Assembly: GCA_030704615.1 (NCBI GenBank)
Contig: CM060733.1
Location: 8,928,001-8,992,000 of the forward strand
Length of the DNA: 64,000 bases
Reading direction: 5' to 3'
Source of the DNA: Takakia lepidozioides
Taxonomy: Eukaryota; Plantae; Bryophyta
The position numbers were made by a program, and so were the translations under genes. The notes under the pieces were generated by a model. The model made no database searches. It was not told the DNA's origin and saw nothing but the letters and a program-made list of their open reading frames with translations. Positions 26,001 through 36,175 of the stretch are shown here, in pieces (the first letter of the stretch is position 1; the number at the start of each line of letters is the position of its first letter).

Positions 26001-26842
26001 TTTACTGAATTGAGCAGCGGATGGCGGAAGCTCCATTCTTGAAATCCCGGAGTTCGATCATCCGTTCGAGATTCATACAGATGCGTCGGACTTCGCGATT
26101 GGGGGTGTACTGATGCAAGATGGACATCCAGTGGCTTACGAAAGTAAAAAACTGAATGAAGTGGAGCGACGGTGGCCGACGCACGAGAAAGAGATGAAGG
26201 CGGTGGTGCACTGTCTTGAGCTTTGGCGCCAAGGTGTTCACAGACAATGTCACGGTGAAGTATTTTGCCACGCAGCCCAAGTTGTCCCCAAAACAACTTA
26301 GGTGGCAAGATACTTTGGGCGGTGTTCGACGTGGATATCCAGTACAAACCGGGACGGGACAACGTGGTGGCCGATGCTTTAAGTAGAAAGCAGCAGCTCT
26401 TGTTGGTGTAGGGGCGAGACGACGCTCCAAAGGAAGATCCGGAAGGCTTGCCGGACGGATGAACTGGCGAAGTCCGTAATGCAGGACTTGAGGATGGGGG
26501 TTAAATCGCAGTTCCACGTGCAAAATGGACTGCTCCAGTATAAGCAAAAGCGTCTCTACGTGCCGAAGGGAGGGATCAGAGATAGCCTCTTGAGAGAATG
26601 TCATGATAGCCCGCTTCGGGCCACGGCGGAGCCAAGCGCACTGCGGCACTCTTGAAGAAGAGTATTTCTGGCCCAAACTGAGGGAGGAGGTAGAGGAGTA
26701 TGTCAAAACATGCACCACATGCCAACAAAACCGGAGCGAGTACAAAAAGCAAGCGGGGCTGTTACAACCCTTGCCGATTCCGAGGGGACTTGGAAAACGT
26801 CTCGATGGATTTCATGACTACTATGCCGCTGTCAAAAGGATT
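17093..26842 (+). mobile_element. Ty3/gypsy LTR retrotransposon copy A (chromovirus/Galadriel-like by inference). 5' LTR 17093-17820; gag split by copy B; 3'-truncated at the start of integrase
   Basis: LTR TGTCGCG...CGCGACA, followed by PBS TGGTATCAGAGC (tRNA-iMet). Gag starts MGSGKPK and has zinc knuckle CFNCGEPGHMAKKC. Protease [22 protein letters not shown], RNase [10 protein letters not shown] and the integrase zinc finger follow, with many frameshifts. Confidence 0.92.
18443..23968 (-). mobile_element. Ty3/gypsy copy B of the same family with both LTRs (5' LTR 23259-23968, 3' LTR 18443-19169); integrase C-terminus internally deleted; TSD CAACG
   Basis: CAACG flanks the element at 18438-18442 and 23969-23973. 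A PBS adjoins 23258 and the polypurine tract GGTAGGGGTGTG is at 19170-19181. RT ORF 20319-21341; integrase core VSDRDPKF...TDGQTERVN at 19200-19800. Confidence 0.95.
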
Positions 26843-27332
26843 ATTTGAGATTGAGGTAACAAGAGTATGGAATGTAAGGTCCTTGTGTTTGGTTGCCTAG
26901 CATCACATGCACATTATTGCAGTTATGACTGGACAGCTGCTGCTTTAATACTCGCACTTATGACTACATGAGGCAAGTAGCAGGGGCTTCTAGATCCTGC
27001 CCTTCCTTCTTACCAAAGAAGAGAAAAAGATAGACTTTGTAGCACTCTGTCTTGGCCCCATACGAATAGCCTACCAGCATTAGCCCGTCTCTCACCAAAA
27101 TCATTTCATAAAGCTGGAAAATATGCATCCAAGAAACGAGACTTTTTAAATGCATATGACGAGCATGACTATCCCACATAGGTTGTTTCTTCCATCCACC
27201 AACCAGAGCTAAATTCATCTGACACAATCATGACTAGTCAATAACCGTGCATCTGCAACAGTAAAACTTACCTGGCAGTTGGCCGAGCCGCATCCTAGCC
27301 CCAACAGTGCCCACAATGTAGTTTCCATCAAC

Positions 27333-28093
27333 TGACCCCACCATCTGACCTTGAATTCATCTCGTCGGGAGCTTAAGGAAGGGATGCCAAACTCACCCCG
27401 AACAGCCACATTGGCTGTTGTGGAGCATGCTAACATGCACTCTTTAAGCACCCCATATAGCAGATCCGTATTCCAAGGCAAGTCTAATAATGTAGCAAAG
27501 CAAGGTTTTCTTGACCTCAGAGTTAATCCCTCTGCAGTGAAAAAAATTAGTGAGACTTAGCGCTTTGCCCTTGCCAGTTTGAACAACTTTCTGGATGTGT
27601 GCATGCCAGTTACAGTTGGAGGAAAACTCAACCCCCAGGATGTGTAGGAAGGGAGGACTGTGATCTCTTGGCTACCCCACTGCCACTTAAGATCACTTCC
27701 TCCCTCTCCTCCGTCGTTGAATGCCACCACTGCACATTTACTGACATTAGCCTCTAGCCCAACAAAGATCAAAGTATCTCTTCGCACAATCAATGAATTC
27801 CTGGAGGTTGGAAGGAGTCTCCCCTATAACTGCGAGGTCATCCGCAAACATAAGGGCTGGAATGGTGGCATCACCCACCCTTACCCAAATCCCTCACATT
27901 CCACATCCTCGGCGTCGTTGATTGATGAAACATTGAAGAGCAGGGGAGAGGGTACATCCTTGAGCTACACCTTGGTCTATGTCAAAAAAGTTGAACTTCT
28001 GTCCATTAACAGTGACACAACTTTTGGTGTGAGCATACAAGTTATGGACAACTCTCCACATTTTTCCCTTGATTCTGCAAGACCAGAAACCAG
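27333..28093 (-). mobile_element. LINE reverse-transcriptase fragment, same family as the LINE at 36-40.8 kb
   Basis: GLEANVSKCAVVAFND, SDLKWQWGSQ and TANVAVRGEFGIPSLSSRRDEF are near-identical to the translation of 39420-40225. Confidence 0.9.
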
Positions 28094-30130
28094 TTAAAGA
28101 ACGCCATTAATCACCAAATGATAGAATACTACACACGTAAATCTAACCACACGTCCTATACCATAGTAGCCACAGACACCTACAAGAAGCACGCACTCCG
28201 CGACGAGTTCCAATTCGCAATCCGACAAACCGTACCCGGGAATAGAAACCACAACCTTCTTCCATTTTTGAGATTGTACAAGGAATGACAGTCATGCTAA
28301 CCGACAATTTGTATCCTAGATTGGGGCTTGTAAACGGTGCAGTCGGACAAATACTGGGGATCTCGACAACAGAAGACGATTGGATCGTACGGGAAGATAA
28401 TTTAATGCACCCGCACCGCGCCAAATCACGTATTAATCGACTTCGGGGAATTCATCAGTCAACCCCAAACATTGAGCAACATAAATTTAGAAAATCTCCC
28501 AGAAAACGTCGTGCCCATCACACTCGTTTCAAGAACGTTCGATTATCACCACACAGAGGATGAACTGAAAAATCCAAAGAAATTCAAAATCAGCAGACGC
28601 CAATTACCTCTAATACCCGCATACTTCCTAACCGACTACAAAGGCCAAGACAAAACTTTCGTCAGGATAATCATCGACTTGCAAAAACCACCAGATGGAC
28701 ACCCCTTGAACATGCACAACATTTACGTCACATTGTCTCGTTGCGTTCCCTACAAGGACTAGTAATACTTCGGGACATTAAGTTCGAAGACATCCAAGGA
28801 GCCAAATTCAAAACAGACTCACTAGAGTTCATGGCTCCACAAGTCGATTGTAATGGCAAAAACAAAAAATCACACAAGACCACGGAACACATCAGCATGG
28901 TGCATACAAAACCTGTCGCCAAAACACTCCAACCAAGACACACGTACCGAGAAATAAAAATGCCAACCAATTCTGAAGCCAAACATCCCACACCGATAGA
29001 ATCAAATGAAAACCAAACTTGCTCAGAATTAGCTCTCACACCGCTCGAAATCATAGAAATTGATTCCGAAGACGAACAATCTGACACAGAAAACACAGAT
29101 TTGCGCCAACAAACATATTGGCACGAAGATCTCCTATTGACAGCACACGACGAACACATCATCAAAACTACCAGCAACATGCATATTCGACTCTACTGGG
29201 CAGAACGAAATACACTAAGAAGTGTTTGCAGCACGTGTTCGTCAACAACAACCATTGGATTCTAACAATGATAAGTCCGAACGAAACAAATTGTCAATGT
29301 ACGGTGTTTGATTCCAGCATGCCCGTGGATATGAAGCTACCGAGCGAAATAGAACAACATCTCGCAAAATTAATCCCAGTCCCACAATTCAATTATTTAT
29401 ATGCCGATGTCATGCAACAGACTGACGGTTCATCATGTGGCGTATTTGCGATAGCTTATGCCACGGATATAGCATTCGGATTAAATCCCGCACATTCCCG
29501 ATACGCAACATCCGCCATGAGAACCCACTTAAGAGATTGCATAAACAATCGAAGAATTGAGCCATTTCCAAAACAACATTAAATTTAAAATGGTGTAGTG
29601 TGCGTGGGTGCTGGTTTTGCTGTTGCTGGGATCCAGCCCGATGTTGGGAGTGTCATAGGTGTGTGCGTCGGTATTTGTTGTTTCCTTCGAGGCTCAGTGT
29701 CCGGATGCTATGGAGGGCTTGGGTTTCTCGATTTTTTTGGATGTTTTTCTCTTTCCTTATTTCGGGAGGGCGATCAGTGCAGCTACATTGGGTGGTTATT
29801 TGATGTGATGTCTGATGCTTGGGGAGGGACGGGGCGAGGGACGGACGAAGGGAAGGGGAGGGGGAGGGGGAGGGTAGGGGGGGGGGGGGGGGGGGGGTTG
29901 TTGTCTGCATACCGGGCAGAAAGGGGTTCAAATCCCCCTCACTTCTTGGGCATAGATAGGGGTATGCTTATGTTATACTTTTGCATAGTTCCTCATGTTT
30001 TCTGCATAGTATATATTTCCAATTATCAAAGAAACACTGTATGCGTGGGGATGACCCGCCCCTTTTTGTGCCAATTGAACGTAGTTCTCAGAATTTGTCG
30101 CTAGTAGTGCGGAGCAATGCGCAGCCCTAG
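28094..30130 (+). mobile_element. 5'-truncated Helitron: PIF1-type helicase C-terminus plus Ulp1/C48-like cysteine protease, with a 3' CTAG terminus
   Basis: Helicase motifs GMTVMLTDNLYPRLGLVNGAVG, RRQLPLIPAYFLTDYKGQ and NIYVTLSR. Protease motifs NNNHWIL...VFDS...QQTDGSSCGVFAIAYA at ~29230-29582. A GC-rich terminus ends CCCTAG|T at 30130. Confidence 0.75.
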
Positions 30131-32507
30131 TGCATATAAAGCATTAATTATTGTAAGGGGTTTGTAGAAGTTGTTCGTCTTGGTTGTTAAGAACAATTTA
30201 TTTTATATTACCCATTTTTGTATTTCGTTTTTTTTTTTTTGTTTTTTTTTGGTTTTTTGTTTGTAGTTGTTGTTTTTTTTTAAATATATTTTTTGGAGAA
30301 GTGACTCGGGTGTGGTTAGACAATGTAGATTATACCCCAGGTTTGGAGTTCAAATCTTGTTGGTGTGTATTGTGTAGTTATGTGTGTGTGTTATTAACTA
30401 TATATTTTGTCAAAGGGTCTGGAGGTCTGCCCGGTCTGCTGGAGGGTCTACCCGCCTGTCCGCTAGAAGGTTAACTCGGTCTGTTGGAGAGTCTGCCCAG
30501 TCCACTAGAAGGTCCGCCACGGTAGATGAACAAGGACTTAGAAAAATTTCAAAAGCTGGCCGACCCGGTGAATGGGCGGTGGGCTTATGAGCTCACCCCA
30601 AGGGCCGTATTGGCGGGGCCCGCCCGTGCATTCATAACCCTATTATTAAAAAATGAAAGATTATCCACATGGTTTCAATTATCTATCACAAACTGCTGTG
30701 GGGGCTTATTTGCTAAAGTGGCTTGAAGGCTGTGTTGGTCCAGAGGCTGTTTCAATGGTACTGACCATGTGGTGAATGGGATGACTACCAATGCAATTAG
30801 CTTTGATCTCTGATCACCACTGTGAGGACCTGAAAGAAAGTGCAATCTTGACTCAAGTCCACCTTGGAAGTGATTGGCAATTTGTAGAACACCTGCTCAC
30901 CAACATGACGGCTGTGTGGCTATCACCACTCTTCATGACACGATCGGGAGTCGTTGGGGGCATGCTAATGAGCCCAATACATAGCAAACAAATCCTTCTT
31001 ACCTCCACATGAAATTCCTCAAATTGGGATGCATCTTGTCTACTACAATAAAATGATGTATGCCCTCATTGTGGATCTTTGCACAATAAGGACCTGAAAG
31101 TGCTAAAAGAGTTCTTGTTGACCCCTCTCTTGGTTCAAGGCATTGGTGATGGTACCCCTGCCACTAGTTTTGAGATCGAATTGGCAAATATGCCTAATCC
31201 TTGGTAATATGGCAGCTAGCTCTGCTTTCATCCACCGAAGGTTTCAATAGCATCAACACAGCCTCTCACAAACCAGGCTAACAACAAAGAACAACAACCT
31301 ACTGATAGCAATAAGTAGAACCCTTTTGAAGTTTGTTCATTTTTTACATTGATCTAGGGAACTGAAGATTATCCAGTCCACAAAACAGTGACATTCCTTT
31401 GAAGACACTTCTTGATAGACTCTTTCATCTCCTAAATGAAGATAGTCTCACCTAATCAAACCCGTCATACCCCCCTTATGAATGAACTGAGAGAAACTCC
31501 TGCCGGAACCTTTACATGCGAACTGCTTGGCCTGTGTGAAAGAACTGCAAGAAATTGATAATTGCCCACTTCCAGTCATCTAAGTCTCCATTGAGAGCTT
31601 GTGCTCAAACATAATTCCTTGGCAGCTCTACATTGACCTGACCTGGGTGTGTTGTGGAGGAATGCTAGAGGGTGCTTTCCATCATCTTCCTTCCTCCACT
31701 GGCTTTGGTCCATTTGAATCACGCTGGCTGCCTGCAAGGTTTTCTCACAAGACCCAAATATCAGCCAGGGATGGATCCCTGACTCGATTGTTACGAAGAG
31801 TGTGAAAATTCCTTGAGTGACATGGTTTGTGGACGTGAGAGGAGCAAGCAAAACTGTCTGTCTGTTGTTGCCAAAGAAATCAGAGAAAGAAATACTCTTG
31901 TAAGGCCCATGGTAGGGAGAGAAAATCACATAGCAAAAATATCATCCCAAACATTTGCCAGCCTTGAGAGCCAGTCGAGTATGTAAACCCAGAGGGCCCC
32001 TGAGTTTAAGTCCATCTTTCTCAGCCTTTCAGCTAAAATCAGGGTAGAAGGGTAGAAGCTTTTGTCGGTTTGAAATCCAATGTGAGTCTCATGATAGTAA
32101 TTCCATTTTTCTCGGGTGTGGATCCACCTGGCAGCTTCCTACCCTGCCCCCGGGCATTGCCTTGGTAGTGTGCTCTCACCTACGGGGACCCAAATAACAG
32201 ACATGGCAGTGGCAGCATTTATTAAGACAACTGATATTGTCCACTGATGCCAAAGACAATTGTCCTCAACCACACTGTCTTCCAGTCTTCAGCAGATCCT
32301 CTCTTTCCACCCATTTTGCTTGCAGAAATTTCCGCCTTCACTGCCGCTATGCAAACACTCCTGAACTTGAAGTGCAGTGCTGACTGTGGCATTGAATGAG
32401 TTTGATCATTGCTTTCAACTTTCCTCTTGGTTCTCAAAAACAGGGACACATAATGACCTGTGTTTAAAGTGACCACACACATCCATTCATACACTTTGCT
32501 TATTTCT

Positions 32508-32780
32508 CTGATAATCCCCGCAAGAACAAACCCCATAGTCAAAGTGGTGAAAACGGTTGGCATCTCGTACAATGATTGCTCGCCCAATAATCTTCAATAT
32601 GAACTTGGTGGCTGTGTGGCAGTCACCACACACTCGCAGGTTCTTGATGAGAGGTGTTCCAGGGAGCCCAAAACCAATGGCAAGTTTCTCACTGTGGTGG
32701 TAAAGGGGAAATTCCTTCTGCCCCTTTTCCACATCATGCAATACAAAGCATGTGTCCGGGACATATCCAGCCTCCTTCAT
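32508..32780 (-). pseudogene. Second, tandemly duplicated partial DYW domain
   Basis: [17 protein letters not shown]...[28 protein letters not shown]...CSCGDYQ begins a few bases after the stop of the first copy and carries small in-frame deletions. Confidence 0.88.
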
Positions 32781-32787
32781 CATCATT

Positions 32788-35730
32788 TCACCAAAAATCC
32801 CCACAAGAACAAACCCCATCGTCAAAGTGGTGAAAACGGTTGGCATCTCGTACAATGATTGCTCGCCCAACAATCTTCGATATGAACTTGGTGGCTGTGT
32901 GGCAGTCACCACATACTCGCAGGTTCTTGATGATACGGAGAGGTGTTCCAGGGAGTGTGCTGATGAGCCCAAAACCAATGGCAAGTTTCTCACTGTGGTG
33001 GTAAAGGGAAAATTCCTTTTGCTCCTTCTCCACATCGTGCAATACAAAACATGTGTCCGGCACATAGCCAGCCTCCTTCATCGCCCCTGACAATCTCTTC
33101 AACTCAGCATGGATGTCCTCAATCTGTGGATGCGTTTTGTCCTCCACAACAAAGGTATGCACTTTGTTGTTCACTTCAATGTAGCTGCATCCTGGCACTT
33201 TCCTGACACCCCTGTACCTCATCATTTTTCTCACCTTTGCTGTGTCGTCCCACCTACCAGTCGCAGCATAGATGTTCGACAGCAGCACATAAGTTGGAGC
33301 ATCCTGTGGATTCAACTTGAGAATGTGTTCTGCCACACGTTCTGCTAGCCAACATTACCATGAATTCTGCAGGCACCAAGCATGGCCCCCAACACTGAAC
33401 CACTTGGTTCAATCGGCATTTTGTAAATGAAATCCTCTGCTTCGTCCAATCGCCCTGCACGGCCAAGAAGGTCCACCATGCAGCCGAAGTGCTCCACTGT
33501 AGGAGGAAGACCATGCTCTAGACTCATTGAAGCAAAGTAGTGACGGTCTTCATCAACAAGGCCCTTATGGCTACACGCAGAGAGAACACATATAAAGGTG
33601 ATACCGTCTGGCGTCAAGCCTTCCTGTTGCATTTGGTCAAAAAGTTGCAAGGCCTCCCTGCCACACCCATGCTGGCCATATGCTGCAATCAAAGCACTCC
33701 ATGAGACCACATTCCGTTGAGCCATATTTTCAAAAATATGGCATGCATCCCTCAGACTCCCAGATTTGGAATACATGTCGACAAGGGTATTCTCCAGTAT
33801 AGTATCCAGAGGAATTCCAGCTTCCATGATGTCAGCATGGACCTCTTTACCCTTGTCCAGTGCTGCCAGGCTGGCACATGCATTGAGAACACAAATAAAT
33901 GTGACCTTGTCTGGGATCACCTCTTCCCGTATCATTTGTTCATACATCTCCAAAGCCTCCTTACCATACTGATGCTGAGCATATCCTGCAATCATCACAT
34001 TCCAAGAGACCACATTTTGTCGAGCCATATTGCCAAACACTCGATGCGCATCCTTCATGCTCCCACATTTGGCATACATGTTGACAAGGGCAGTCTCCAG
34101 AATGATGTCTGGCACAATTCCAGCTTTGATGATGGCAGCATGTACCTCTTTGCCCTTCGCCAGGACTGCTGGGCTGGCACATGCCTTGAGAACAGAAGTG
34201 AATGAGACCTTGTTGGGTGTCACCCCTTCCTGTATCATCTGCTCATACATCTCAAAAGCCTTACTACCAGACTCCTGCTGAGCATATCCTGCGATCATGG
34301 AATTCCATGAGACTACATTTGGCTTCAAGCCTTCATTTTGCATTTGTTTAAATAGTTGGAGAGCCTCCCTACAGAACCCATGCTGAGCATAACCTGCAAT
34401 CATAGTGTTCCATGAGACTACGTCAGGGTGAGAAATATTGTCGAACACTTGATGTGCATCCTCCATGTTCCCACATTTGGCATACATGTCAGCAAGGGCA
34501 GTCTCCAGAATGTTATTTGGCGCAATTCCTGCTTTGATGATGTCAGCATGGACCTCTTTACCCTTTTCCAGAGCTGCCAGGATGGCACACGCATTAAGAA
34601 CACAAATGAAAGTGATCTGTCAGGTGTCACCCCTCCCCTCATCATTTGTTCATACATCTCCAGAGCCTCCCTACCACAACCATGCTGAGCATATCCTGCA
34701 ATCATTGCATTCCATGAGACCACATTTCTATTAGCCATACTGTCAAACACTTGACGTGCATCCTTCATGCTCCCACATTTGGCATACATGTCAGCAAGCG
34801 ATGTCTCCAGAATGACATCTACTGCAATTAGAGCTTTGATAATGTCCACATGGACCTCCTTGCCCTTGTCCAGCGCTGCCAAGCTGCCGCACGCATTGAG
34901 AACGCAAATGAACGTGACCTTATCAGGTGTCAACCCTTTCTGCTTTATCTCCTCATACATCTCCAAAGCCTCTCTACCACACCCATGCTGAGTATATGCT
35001 GCTATCATCACATTCCATGAGACCACATTTCGAAGAGCCATATTGTTAAACACTTGACGCGCATGCTCCATGCTTCCACATTTGGCATACATATTAACAA
35101 GGGCAGTCTCCATGATGATGTCTGGTGCAATTCCAGCTCTGGTGATGTCACTGTGGACCTCTACACCCTTTGCCAGGACTGCTAGGCTGGCACCCGCCTT
35201 GAGAATGCAAATGAACGTGATCCTGTTGGGCGTCACCCTCTCCCTTTTCATTTGCTGGTAAATCACAAAGGCCTCCCTACTACACCCATGCTTAGTGTAT
35301 CCTGAAATCATTATATTCCACGTACACATATCTCGTTCAGGCATTTTGTCGAACACTTGGCGTGCATCAACCACACTCCCACACTTGGCATACATATTGA
35401 CAAGGGTATTGAGAAGAAGTATGTTTGGCTTGAATCCACTTCGGATGAGGTGGGCATGCACCTGCTTTCCCTCTTGTAGGCCTTGCATGTTGATGCACTC
35501 CTGCAAGAGACATACATACGTATTGGAGTCTGCCAAAATGCCCGGTTGGTTCAAAATGTGCAGGGCCTCTTTGAGTTGTCCTGCCATACACAGCGTCCTC
35601 AAATCCCCTTGTGCTCGACCTAGCAGCATTGCAGCACCATCTGCCTTCACAAAAGGTAACTTCGACCAATTCTGAATCCAAAGGGCCTCCTTTGCGCACT
35701 TCTGTCTGAAGTCTGGTGATCTTGTACTTC
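32788..35730 (-). pseudogene. PLS-class PPR-E1-E2-DYW organellar C-to-U RNA-editing factor with two 1-bp frameshifts (~34618, ~33350); N-terminal exon not resolved
   Basis: About 21 P/L/S motifs lie across ORFs 34418-35650 and 33345-34487. PG box [19 protein letters not shown] and terminal CSCGDFW are present. Restoring one base at each break gives PDKITF and GNVELAERVAE. Confidence 0.9.
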
Positions 35731-36175
35731 TCTGTGAGAAACACCAATGTCACAATAGCTTAAATCACAGTCTGGCATGGACCAGGCTATAATGTCAAAG
35801 CTATAAGCATCTTTTAAATGACAGGGACAACATTGAGCAACCTACTCTCATGTCATATTTAGAAGGAAGAACATGTACTAATAGCAACAGTACACCCACA
35901 CTTTTGCTACTTTTTCTAGACAAAGGAAAATTGTCAGGCATGTAAGTACCTGGAGATACGATCCAGTCAACAAAACATCATCATGCCAGCTTCAGTCACG
36001 TCCCGTCCTTGACAAACTCGTCCAATGTGCTAAATGTAGATAGCCCTCACCTCATCAAGCCTAATGTCCCACCACCGTGACGGACCTGCAAAGAACTCCT
36101 GCCGGAGCCGATCTCCGCTCATTGTTCCACCTGCATGCACCCACCTCACACATAGAGCGTTGTACGAGCCTTACT

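Noticed and set aside
30420-30520. Short GGTCTGC..G repeats
   Set aside because: A degenerate ~22-bp minisatellite, too short to interpret.
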